A stretch of DNA of 64,000 bases from Antedon mediterranea (lineage: Eukaryota > Animalia > Echinodermata). The stretch lies in NCBI RefSeq assembly GCF_964355755.1, contig NC_092670.1:40722388-40786387 (forward strand), given 5' to 3'. The notes under the pieces were generated by a model. That model had not been told where the DNA came from. It did no database searches and was given only the letters and a program-made list of their open reading frames with translations. The translations under genes were made by a program, and so were the position numbers. Position 1 is the first letter of the stretch, and the number at the start of each line of letters is the position of its first letter. Of the stretch, positions 11,163 through 23,004 are shown piece after piece.

Positions 11163-11780
11163 TCATGCATGCCGTCGGTTTCAATTAAAGTAACTTTATT
11201 GGAAACATAATTTATAAAAACATATGAACCTACTAGGCCTAGGCCTACAATTCATCTAAATCCTTTAGGTCTATCAAAATAATTGCACAATTTACATATC
11301 AAACTAATGACAAATTTTTGCTTTATAAAAATAATGCCTTAATTAAAAACAAAATATATTGCAGTTTGACTTTTTTAAGCTAACAAATGAATGTTCTTAG
11401 ATTGCAGATCCAGGTTGGAGGGTGGGTGAGCAGTGACAATGGCTATGAGCGCTCATTGACTAAACCCAGGGGCCCCGGAGGTTATGGGGCCCCTGAGCAG
11501 TGCCAAGAGGCATTGAAATATGTCGAAAGGGCTAAAAACGCCCAAGGCCTCCAGCATTGGAGGGCCACTTAGGGTTCCTAAACCAGGGGCCTCTGGTCTC
11601 TGCGTTATACCACTGTGGTTTGTTGGGGTGTCAGGTGTGGGTTGCAGATAGGCTTTTGACAGCTACTTTTTGATAGACTAATAATATATGTTAACGTTTC
11701 TTCACTGGAAGAAGCCTCTTCTTTTCTAATAACCAATTTGCAGCATTTATAAGAATAATTTTGGAATCTTCCATCATAAG

Positions 11781-14700
11781 CTACTTCTGAATTGATTGAA
11801 GCTTTTTCCAATATTTGTTAACCTCAACTCCTTCCCATGTTTTGTTTTCAAGTGGTTTAAAATACCTAGTAGAGAAAAAAGAAACATTAAATAAAGATCA
11901 GTACAATTTTTAGTATAATATATATTTTCAAAAGTTTCTAATGTTAAGGTATACTTACTTATCACTAACTTCCTGCATTGTCTGTAACTCTAATTGAGAG
12001 AGTGGTTCATGTACAACCAATAGGTTCTTCTCTAGGATATCAAGGCTGTAAGTACAAACCACATGTCATAATAATACCCGCACAAATTTATACAAAAAAA
12101 TTTTTTTTGTCTATCTACCATAGGTAGGGTGATGGGAGGCTTCTAAAATTAAAATAATCGACAGGAAATTAAAAATGCAAAGATAGTCAGACAATTGAGT
12201 TAAGTTCAGCACTTTGTTTTACCATTTTTAGCACCTACTAAGACCACCTCCCCTCCACCAACTATTTCATAATCCTGGATCTGCTACTGTCTAGCTTACC
12301 TTGCAACACCACAAAGTGTGGTTGACACTTGTGAGAAAGAAGTACTGTAATAAACAGCCAATTTGGAGATATTTACGCCTTTGCTTTCACAGTATACAGC
12401 TGCTTCTTTGCAGGCTTTCTTAATATCGTCAGTAACTGGATGCCAGGAAGGAGGCCCTCTATTGCTGAGTAAACCCATTGAAATTGGTGAGGCATTTATT
12501 ACACCTACTTTGTTCTCCTGCAAAGAAAAAAAAAACGGGAACAATTTTATTCCAGAATGTGGCGCAGTGGTAAGGCTTGCATTGAACTGGCAATCCAGAG
12601 GTTGTAGGTTCAAGATCTCGTTCAGTCAGTATTGAGTCCTTTAGCAATATTATTTATCCACTTTGTTCGCACTCAAGTGACGTAAATGGGTATTAATTTA
12701 TGTATGAATAAATTATTATGCTTTTACCTCAAAATATGGAATGTGTTCCAAAAGTGAAGAATCATTTAGTGACAGATGGCAGTAACTCAATATGGTGTCT
12801 ATTTTTACTGCACTGTGTTCAATAATTTTTCTACAAGAAAAGTAAATATTGTTTTTTTGTCACCAAGCAGGAATGTACACAGGAATGTACACCTTTTGAA
12901 TGACTCGCCAAAGAAGCTTGCAAAGGCAGACGCAGATAATTTATTTTCACAACAATATTACTTTATAATAGGACATTTTCCTCATTTTAAAAATTGTTGA
13001 GGCCTGCTCGCAGCACCCTAAATTTTGTAATGCAAAGGAAATTAGGTTAAGTTCAGGAATTTTCAAAATCATACATCACCAAAGTTTTGCAATAATATCC
13101 ATGATCAGTTTTGTATGTTCTACTTAGTACACTTACTTAAAATTGCCAAGTGGGTAGCCTGTTATACCAATGAAGCGTGCTTTACCACTTTGCTTAATCT
13201 TCTGAAGCGCTGGTAATGTCTCATTTAAGACAACATCAAGACTAGGTGCAAACTCCATATCATGGACCTACAATAACACAATACACTAAAGTGAAAAAAC
13301 AGGATTTTTTTTCAATCGGTTGCCCTAAATTAAAATATTAATTGTCAAAAAAAGATAAAAGTAAATCATAATGTCGTTTAAGTTGTCAAAAGAAGGTGTT
13401 CACACACCAAGTGCAACCCCGCTGGACCCGCCCCTTAATCAGGACTGGATGCAAAGCATTTAGGATAGAAACAATTGAGTTCATTGTAGACCATACACCA
13501 CAGTGGTCTAGTAACCAAAATTTAAACTATAAAACCGTGCCTTACACTATAGTATATGATTATATCGTACCTGAATAATATCATTCATTATAACATTCAT
13601 TAATCGTACCATTGCACTCATAATTAAACATTCTTTATTTGTATATCGTACCTGAATAATATCCACATAGTCCAATCCAAGGTGCTGCAAACTTTCATCA
13701 ACACTGCGGAGTGTCCTCTCTGCCGAGAAATCAAACATTTCAGCAACATTCGGTTTGTACCTACATACTTTGGTTGAAATGTAATATGCATTTCTTGGTA
13801 TGTTTTTGAGTGCCTACAAAACAAAATTTCTGATGTAATACTTCAATACAATCCATTTATATGTTTTAATACCTCAATATAGCGCCTTCTATGTTATTTT
13901 ACACTGAATAGATAGGCATTCCTGTGCTATTGACCATAACAATACATATACATAGCCCCGAAGCTATGCTCAATTATTTCAAAATAATGCAATTTTTATG
14001 GAGAATGCGAGAGAGAAATCTGCCAAATATATCTATGACAAAATTCTCACACATTATGTGAGATTTGGTGGCATGGATGGGATACCTTGCCAATAACCGT
14101 TTCTGATCTGCCATACCATGGTGCGGTGTCGATGAAGTTGATACCACTTTGAATTGCTGACTGTACAACTTTGATTGACTCATCATCATTGGTTGAAAAA
14201 TAACCACCACCAACAACAGAGCCACCTGTAAATTTGAATATGTAAATGATTAACTATTTGTAAAATAACATAAATACTGTACATATTAATTAATCAACAC
14301 TGATTACACAAGGTCATTTTGCAGATTTGAAATATGCAGATTAGTTATTATCAAAAATTTGTTTAAATTTATGAAAACGTTTTTCTTACCAAAGCTGATG
14401 CAGGAAACATTCATGCCTGTTTCTCCCAGAGGGCGGTATTTCATTTTTTGTACATCATCTTTGTTGTGAAATCCATCTACATAAGTGGATGGTAAACTGT
14501 CCAATAACAAGGAAAAGAATAGAGGATTTATTTTACAGTAAATAATAATAATATATGGAAAAATGGTTCTTCCTGTGGATGAATGTCATATTAAATCGAA
14601 TTGGGCCAGAATTCATCATTAGACTGGGATTTAATTCATAATTGTTGTCAAAAAACGTCTTTTTATTTATTTATTTGTTTATTATTTTTAAAAAGTTTAA

Positions 14701-14970
14701 GAAACAAAACGTCCGCTGGTGGCGCTCGTAATGACGAATACAAACGCTAGACAACGCGTTTAATGGTCACTCACTCGTGACACAATTTTCTGGGATCCAC
14801 CTCCAATTCCGTAAGTGGGAAACTATATTTAAAGATAAATAAACAATTCATGAATATAATACCACCAAACTTACGAGTTAAGATGACTACAATATAGTAA
14901 GCCCTAGCCTAGGCCCACTGTAATGAATATCCTACCTTTGTGCAGAACCGTTAGCTTTGAGGGTATTCAT
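11781..14970 (-). CDS. Aldo-keto reductase, L-galactose/D-arabinose dehydrogenase-like, 355 aa, 9 exons
   Basis: Exons (minus) 14970-14936, 14496-14390, 14225-14086, 13813-13652, 13267-13137, 12830-12728, 12517-12300, 12045-11959, 11865-11781 total 1068 nt in frame. AKR motifs: MKYRPLGETG, GINFIDTAPWYG, YISTK, LGLDYVDIIQVHD, GKARFIGITGYPL. Confidence 0.93.
12556..12692 (+). mobile_element. Degenerate tRNA-derived SINE fragment in an AKR intron
   Basis: A-box TGGCGCAGTGG and B-box-like GGTTCAAGATC, followed by core-like sequence ending GTAAATGGGTA. Confidence 0.55.
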
Positions 14971-16081
14971 TGTATAAATAAATCAACAAACAAAATCAAT
15001 TTGAACCAATTGTTGTTGTGTTGGTGTCGGTTGGTTTCCCTTGCAGCATACCAAAGAACGTTATTTGGTCGATGTACTCTAATCTAGATAGATGAATACA
15101 GTAATATAATTATTAATATTATGCAAACATTCATTCTACTGCAGTACAATAAAAATGATGTACCGCCCTCTAGGAGAATAGTTATTAATGGTACTTGTGG
15201 CTTTAGTGCAAGATTCTAAAAGTTTTGATAATTTTGAATGTAATGATTTGATGGGATGGTTAGATAATTAATTTGCATATTCAAACTTAATAGGTGTAAA
15301 AATATATTATATGTTATATATATGGTATAAATTAAATGAGGATAAACAATACATATTTTTGTTTTGTGAAATGGGAATGTTAATTGTACATATTCAAATT
15401 TACAGGTGGATCTCCCGTTAGTGGCATTTTATTATTCAACCAGCAATGATGGAGTCATTTAAAGTTGTCCAGTGGTATTACACAGTTAGCAGATTCAGGG
15501 GTGAAGTTATTATCGAGTAGGAAAAGTTTCGGTGGGGGAAAAAACATTTCCTTGTCAAATTAAGAAAATCATTTTAAAAACTTTGAAAACAGTATTGCCA
15601 TCTTCACTAAGCATTCCATATTCTTCTCTGGTTCTTATATCAGCTTATTTATTATTTTGCTTGCAATTCAACACAGAAAACAAATTATATACTTTATACA
15701 TACTTTGTTTGTTTTTATTTACAATAACTGTACAATAAACCAGTCAACCACTAATATAAAATTATGTTTTGAAAAACAAGTTGTTATATATCACAAATTG
15801 CAGCTAATTTATTTATCATGCACCTCTTTTGGTCCTGGGGTGAGGCTATCAGCACAGTCAGCTCATTGCACATTTATTGTTTAATTTTTGCAGTCAATCA
15901 GGACACATTATGCCTCCTTTTATGCAAGATTGACTGTGCATCTTATTCCTATTGGTTATGCACCTTCTGTAGTTTCCTATACCAATAGAGAACTTTACAT
16001 TAGACACACAGTCAACTGTGCGGATAGAAAATATTAAATGACATGCATGATTGACCGTGCCGATAGTCACCCTAGTGTTCA

Positions 16082-19000
16082 TCATTCACTTTCTTTTATG
16101 TTTGTGTCTCGTTGCCTTTCTAATTCATTTACCCATTCTTTAATTTCTTCATTTTGAAATTTGCCTGAAAAATAAATTGAAAGTGGTTGGGTTACTGCAG
16201 TAATAATATATAGTTATCCTGTTTACTCAAAAACAATTGGAGGAAATTTCCCCTTAGCAGGAGGCGGGTATTTTCCCCGTGATTAATGGGAAAGTAAAAC
16301 ACTATCAAACTAGTTTGACAAAAAAATGTGATGTGGCCAAATTTGGTAGTGATATGACATCATCATGTCTATATATGGGCACATCACATTTTTTTTACAT
16401 AAACATAAAATTTGATAGTGTAGACAGAGCTTTATACTTTTTTTAATACCTTTAGTGCAATCAAAGAACTCCTGTAATGATCCTAGTTTATTTTCTTGCT
16501 TTTCATAATCAAATGCCTGTTGGATCATTTCATAACGGTCCAAATCTTTCACCCACTTTGCTTCTGGTGTGCTTTGCTGTTCATATTCCTAAAAGAGTGA
16601 AGGAACATTGAAATGGAATTTCATATTTGAATGTAGATTTGTGCAATTCAGTGTTTGCATTTATTTTGAGTTAATCAACTTCCAATCAAAACATGAGTCT
16701 CTCCATCCTCAACTTACAAGGTCTCACCCTGAATGCCCTCTATATTAGAGAGTGACGTACACTTATATGGTTAAGCGTGGTTCCCACTAGCGACGCAACA
16801 CAAGGACGTAACGCAACGCAAGTAAATTGACCAATCACAAGCGATGGCTTATTCGCTTGTGATTGCCAACTGTCTATAACTTCGCTTGTCATTGGTTAAA
16901 ATGCTTGCGTTGCGTTTACGTCCTTGCGTTACGTTCTAGTGGGACCCAAGCTTTACACAAGTAATCCCCTCTGTCTGTCATTTCTACCTGTTGCGTTACG
17001 TTCTAGTGGGAACCAAGCTTTACACAAGTAATCCCCTCTGTCTGTCATTTCTACCTGTTGCGTTACGTTCTAGTGGGAACCAAGCTTTACACAAGTAATC
17101 CCCTCTGTCTGTCATTTTTACCTGTTGCGTTACGTTCTAGTGGGACCCAAGCTTTACACAAGTAATCCCCCCTGTCTGTCATTTCTACCTGTTGCGTTAC
17201 ATTCTAGTGGGAACCAAGCTTTACACAAGTAATCCCCTCTGTCTGTCATTTCTACCTGTTGCGTTACGTTCTAGTGGGAACCAAGCTTTACACAAGTAAT
17301 CCCCTCTGTCTGCCATTTCTACCTGTTGCGTTACGTTCTAGTGGGAACCAAGCTTTACACAAGTAATCCCCTCTGTCTGCCATTTCTACCTGTTGCGTTA
17401 CGTTCTAGTGGGAACCAAGCTTTACACAAGTAATCCCCTCTGTCTGTCATTTCTACCTGTTGCGTTACGTTCTAGTGGGAACCAAGCTTTACACAAGTAA
17501 TCCCCTCTGTCTGCCATTTCTACCTGTTGCGTTACGTTCTAGTGGGAACCAAGCTTTACACAAGTAATCCCCTCTGTCTGTCATTTCTACCTGTTGCGTT
17601 ACGTTCTAGTGGGAACCAAGCTTTACACAAGTAATCCCCTCTGTCTGCCATTTCTACCTGTTGCGTTACGTTCTAGTGGGAACCAAGCTTTACACAAGTA
17701 ATCCCCTCTGTCTGCCATTTCTACCTGTTGCGTTACGTTCTAGTGGGAACCAAGCTTTACACAAGTAATCCCCTCTGTCTGTCATTTCTACCTGTTGCGT
17801 TACGTTCTAGTGGGAACCAAGCTTTACACAAGTAATCCCCTCTGTCTGCCATTTCTACCTGTTGCGTTACGTTCTAGTGGGAACCAAGCTTTACACAAGT
17901 AATCCCCTCTGTCTGCCATTTCTACCTGTTGCGTTACGTTCTAGTGGGAACCAAGCTTTACACAAGTAATCCCCTCTGTCTGCCATTTCTACCTGTTGCG
18001 TTACGTTCTAGTGGGACCCAAGCTTTACACAAGTAATCCCCTCTGTCTGCCATTTCTACCTGTTGCGTTACGTTCTAGTGGGAACCAAGCTTTACACAAG
18101 TAATCCCCTCTGTCTGCCATTTCTACCTGTTGCGTTACGTTCTAGTGGGACCCAAGCTTTACACAAGTAATCCCCTCTGTCTGCCATTTCTACCTGTTGC
18201 GTTACGTTCTAGTGGGAACCAAGCTTTACACAAGTAATCCCCTCTGTCTGTCATTTCTACCTGTTGCGTTACGTTCTAGTGGGAACCAAGCTTTACACAA
18301 GTAATCCCCTCTGTCTGCCATTTCTACCTGTTAAGTTACGTTCTAGTGGGAACCAAGCTTTACACAAGTAATCCCCTCTGTCTGTCATTTCTACCTGTTG
18401 CGTTACGTTCTAGTGGGAACCAAGCTTTACACAAGTAATCCCCTCTGTCTGCCATTTCTACCTGTTAAGTTACGTTCTAGTGGGAACCAAGCTTTACACA
18501 AGTAATCCCCTCTGTCTGCCATTTCTACCTGTTGCGTTACATTCTAGTGGGAACCAAGCTTTACACAAGTAATCCCCTCTGTCTGTCATTTCTACCTGTT
18601 GCGTTACGTTCTAGTGGGACCCAAGCTTTACACAAGTAATCCCCTCTGTCTGCCATTTCTACCTGTTGCGTTACGTTCTAGTGGGACCCAAGCTTTACAC
18701 AAGTAATCCCCTCTGTCTGCCATTTCTACCTGTTGCGTTACGTTCTAGTGGGAACCAAGCTTTACACAAGTAATCCCCTCTGTCTGCCATTTCTACCTGT
18801 TGCGTTACGTTCTAGTGGGAACCAAGCTTTACACAAGTAATCCCCTCTGTCTGCCATTTCTACCTGTTGCGTTACGTTCTAGTGGGACCCAAGCTTTACA
18901 CAAGTAATCCCCTCTGTCTGCCATTTCTACCTGTTGCGTTACGTTCTAGTGGGAACCAAGCTTTACACAAGTAATCCCCTCTGTCTGCCATTTCTACCTG

Positions 19001-21992
19001 TTGCGTTACGTTCTAGTGGGACCCAAGCTTTACACAAGTAATCCCCTCTGTCTGCCATTTCTACCTGTTGCGTTACGTTCTAGTGGGAACCAAGCTTTAC
19101 ACAAGTAATCCCCTCTGTCTGTCATTTCTACCTGTTGCGTTACGTTCTAGTGGGAACCAAGCTTTACACAAGTAATCCCCTCTGTCTGCCATTTCTACCT
19201 GTTAAGTTACGTTCTAGTGGGAACCAAGCTTTACACAAGTAATCCCCTCTGTCTGTCATTTCTACCTGTTGCGTTACGTTCTAGTGGGAACCAAGCTTTA
19301 CACAAGTAATCCCCTCTGTCTGCCATTTCTACCTGTTAAGTTACGTTCTAGTGGGAACCAAGCTTTACACAAGTAATCCCCTCTGTCTGCCATTTCTACC
19401 TGTTGCGTTACATTCTAGTGGGAACCAAGCTTTACACAAGTAATCCCCTCTGTCTGTCATTTCTACCTGTTGCGTTACGTTCTAGTGGGACCCAAGCTTT
19501 ACACAAGTAAATCCCCTCTGTCTGCCATTTCTACCTGTTGCGTTACGTTCTAGTGGGAACCAAGCTTTACACAAGTAAATCCCCTCTGTCTGCCATTTCT
19601 ACCTGTTGCGTTACGTTCTAGTGGGAACCAAGCTTTACACAAGTAATCCCCTCTGTCTGCCATTTCTACCTGTTGCGTTACGTTCTAGTGGGAACCAAGC
19701 TTTACACAAGTAAATCCCCTCTGTCTGCCATTTCTACCTGTTGCGTTACGTTCTAGTGGGAACCAAGCTTTACACAAGTAATCCCCTCTGTCTGCCATTT
19801 CTACCTGTTGCGTTACGTTCTAGTGGGAACCAAGCTTTACACAAGTAATCCCCTCTGTCTGCCATTTCTACCTGTTGCGTTACGTTCTAGTGGGAACCAA
19901 GCTTTACACAAGTAATCCCCTCTGTCTGCCATTTCTACCTGTTGCGTTACGTTCTAGTGGGAACCAAGCTTTACACAAGTAATCCCCTCTGTCTGCCATT
20001 TCTACCTGTTGCGTTACGTTCTAGTGGGACCCAAGCTTTACACAAGTAATCCCCCCTGTCTGTCATTTCTACCTGTTGCGTTACGTTCTAGTGGGAACCA
20101 AGCTTTACACAAGTAATCCCCTCTGTCTGCCATTTCTACCTGTTAAGTTACGTTCTAGTGGGAACCAAGCTTTACACAAGTAATCCCCTCTGTCTGTCAT
20201 TTCTACCTGTTGCGTTACGTTCTAGTGGGAACCAAGCTTTACACAAGTAATCCCCTCTGTCTGCCATTTCTACCTGTTGCGTTACGTTCTAGTGGGAACC
20301 AAGCTTTACACAAGTAATCCCCTCTGTCTGTCATTTCTACCTGTTGCGTTACGTTCTAGTGGGAACCAAGCTTTACACAAGTAATCCCCTCTGTCTGCCA
20401 TTTCTACCTGTTGCGTTACGTTCTAGTGGGAACCAAGCTTTACACAAGTAATCCCCTCTGTCTGCCATTTCTACCTGTTGCGTTACGTTCTAGTGGGAAC
20501 CAAGCTTTACACAAGTAATCCCCTCTGTCTGCCATTTCTACCTGTTGCGTTACGTTCTAGTGGGAACCAAGCTTTACACAAGTAATCCCCTCTGTCTGCC
20601 ATTTCTACCTGTCGCTGGATTTGAAACTGTATATTAAGAATTATTGCAAGAGGTTAGTAAAAGTTACCTTCCATAAAGTATATATTTCTTGACCGACTTC
20701 AGGTCCAGCTAGTTCAGTCAGTTCTTGCATTGCTTCCTAAACAAGTATCACATTATTATTATTAAAGATACTGCAAGTATTCTATGTATCCATATTTAAT
20801 CATTTTATGAGATATATACTGTATATGTTTTTGAGGCTTTTAAAAATAGAATTTGATTTTTAAATATTTATTTATATGTGACTGCAATATTTAAAATCCC
20901 ACCTGTTCTCGGCGATATTTTTCGTCCTTGGATACATTGTCAAATGGTGTTATATCACCCACAATACATTCTGCCATGTCATGAATTAATGCTAGCTTCA
21001 TGATCCTGAAAATAAAAAATTAACAACTTAAGAGTAAATTTGAGATGGTCTAATACAACGGGTAACCACTCTTCCAAAAGATGCACTGGGTTCAAGTGCA
21101 CACGCCATGTGTACACTTGATTTCAAGTTTTAAGTCCCTATCTAAGAGGAACTTGCTAGAATACCACCAGAACTATGGTCGAGAAAAACCTTGAACCTGT
21201 GCCGGGTTGTGACCTGCTTGGCCACTCTGCTTGGCCACTCGACTTGACTACCAATATGGTAGTTACATTTTGCGGATAACATACTGTACCTGTTTTTATT
21301 GACGCCAGTTGATGATGGTATAAACATACTCATAATGGCCATTCTATACATGTGGTCTGGTACACTCTCTGGATTGCTAACCCTAGTACGAACCCATCCA
21401 GCACGTTTTATAGTCTACAAAGAAAACATATTATATTTTTAGGTTTGTTAATCTTTTTTTCAATTCTGGTATACAAAATGCATTTTGAATAGGCCTAGGC
21501 CTCTATTATGCCATGTGGAGAAAATGTATTATTATTATTAAATATTATTGTTATATTTTATTTATATTATTATTTATTAATATTACATGATGATGATTGA
21601 CACTTTTTGATTGTTGGATTTTAGAAACAAAAGAGTAATTTATTGGTAGAATGTGTAGGCCTATGCCTAGGTAGATCTAGTTTAAATGGAGGATCGGGCC
21701 TAGCTAGATCTACACTCTCTACTAGTACTAGCTAGCCTAGGCCTAGCCTAGCTAGCTAAGCTAGACTAGGTTTGGATTTATACTAAAGTAGGAGCCGAGC
21801 CTAGCTGTCACAACCGGGCCCAGACGCGATTTTTTTGTCCTAACTAAAAGAAATGCAAACAAAATATTGAAATTTAAAACTATAATGTTAAATGAACACC
21901 TTTAGCTTATGGATCATTGAGAAAAACCTTAACATTTTCATCTGTGGAGAGGAAGAAACACCGTCATTATTCACTTCCAACTTCCTTTCCAT
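16082..21992 (-). CDS. HDDC2: 5'-deoxynucleotidase HDDC2 (HD-domain protein), 203 aa, 6 exons
   Basis: Exons (minus) 21992-21900, 21414-21290, 21005-20903, 20736-20668, 16588-16450, 16164-16082 total 612 nt in frame. Motifs: KRAGWV, PESVPDHMYRMA, LALIHDMAECIVGDITP, EAKWVKDLDRYEMIQQAFDYE. Confidence 0.95.
16298..16432. mobile_element. MITE family B
   Basis: ACACTATCAAACTAGTTTGACAAAAA...TGTGATGT...ACATCACA...TTTGATAGTGTAGACAGAGC. Other copies near 30731, 39078, 43585, 47400, 49958, 53655 and 61465. Confidence 0.8.
16774..16952. mobile_element. MITE family A, full-length young copy
   Basis: TIRs AGCGTGGTTCCCACTAG / CTAGTGGGACCCAAGCT, TTA target-site duplication, almost identical to 40796-40974. 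Confidence 0.9.
16924..20611. repeat. 67-bp tandem array, about 55 copies, made of the MITE right end plus flanking DNA
   Basis: Unit TTGCGTTACGTTCTAGTGGGAACCAAGCTTTACACAAGTAATCCCCTCTGTCTGCCATTTCTACCTG at 16924, 16991 and onward. Fills most of HDDC2 intron 4. Confidence 0.98.
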
Positions 21993-22161
21993 TTCTTTGA
22001 AAAGGTTTCGTTCCGGATGGATTCGATTGCAGTAGTAAAGTTGTAGTCCCCATGAGTTGACAACCAAATAATAATAATCTTGCGGATCACAACGACTAAA
22101 AGAGTCTTCACATTACATACAGTTTTTTTTGTTACGTATTTTGTGCCATGGCGCAAACAAC
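21993..22161. promoter_or_regulatory. Bidirectional promoter shared by HDDC2 and MRPS28
   Basis: Only 169 bp separate the two divergent ATGs. ETS-like TTCCGG at 22011, GACTACAACT (ZNF143/SBS-like, minus strand, about 22038-22047), and YY1-like AACATGGC over the MRPS28 start. Confidence 0.7.
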
Positions 22162-23004
22162 ATGGCTGCCTCCATGACGAAGGTACTGGGTCAGAGATTT
22201 TTCGAATTAAACCGAGTTTATTGTTTTATAAGATCGATTTCTTCTACTAGATATATTAGTTCTAAAGAAACTAATAACAAAGAACCCAATAATATTTCAG
22301 TGGAATCAAACAGTGTTTCCTCTGATGTAAATGAACATTCAAAGTTAGGTGGCTTTGCGCAGGCCTTTGCCAAATTCACCGACCGGCTTGAAGAGCAGTA
22401 CAAAGCCGCTGCTCTAGCAAGGGACGAACCGACCAAACATCAGTCCTTTGCTACCTTATTTAGAAACTCTGCTTTTGTTAATCTTGGTAACATAAAAGGT
22501 CAAATAGTAATTGGAAAGATATTTCATATTGTTGAAGATGATCTGTATATTGATTTTGGAGGAAAATTGCATTGTGTTTGTGAGAGACCATCAGAAAATG
22601 CATCGTAAGTTATTGTTTTGATGTACATAAATTAAAAAGTAAAATTTCCCAGTATAATTATCAGTATGCCATCGATAGTATATACCCAACATAAAATAAT
22701 TTATTAGACATGCATCTTTAATTTAAAGTTATTGGTTTGAAAATGAATACGTTAGAATTTACTATCATTACAAGACAATTTTATTGACTTAAGTTTAATT
22801 AAAATATTTTTTTTTCACAGAAAATATGTTCGTGGAGCAAGAGTTCGTTTACTATTGAAAGATTTTGAGATGGCTGAACACTTTATAGGTGCCAAACAAG
22901 ACCTCACTCTGTTAGAAGCGGATGCACAACTTCTGGGCTTGCAAGAGGCTCAATACTTTCAAGCAAGCACTGATTTATTAGAGGATAAACAGACGAACCA
23001 ATGA
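22162..23004 (+). CDS. MRPS28: Mitochondrial ribosomal protein S28 (bS1m), 208 aa, 2 exons
   Basis: Exons 22162-22604 and 22821-23004. Presequence-like N-terminus; motifs [58 protein letters not shown]. Confidence 0.95.

Noticed and set aside
11959-12045. Apparent frameshift in AKR exon 8
   Set aside because: On re-reading, the exon is 87 nt and in frame (EPLSQLELQTMQEVSDK); the gene is intact.
12363-12647. Antisense or alternative-frame ORFs overlapping real exons (also 610-1025, 9683-9944, 22218-22436, 28476-28766, 31532-31970)
   Set aside because: Shadows of genuine coding exons, with no independent evidence.
16924-20611. CRISPR-like appearance (partly palindromic repeat at regular spacing)
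   Set aside because: The intervening sequence is identical in every unit, so there are no unique spacers. No cas genes, eukaryotic intron context, and the unit is explained by a MITE end.
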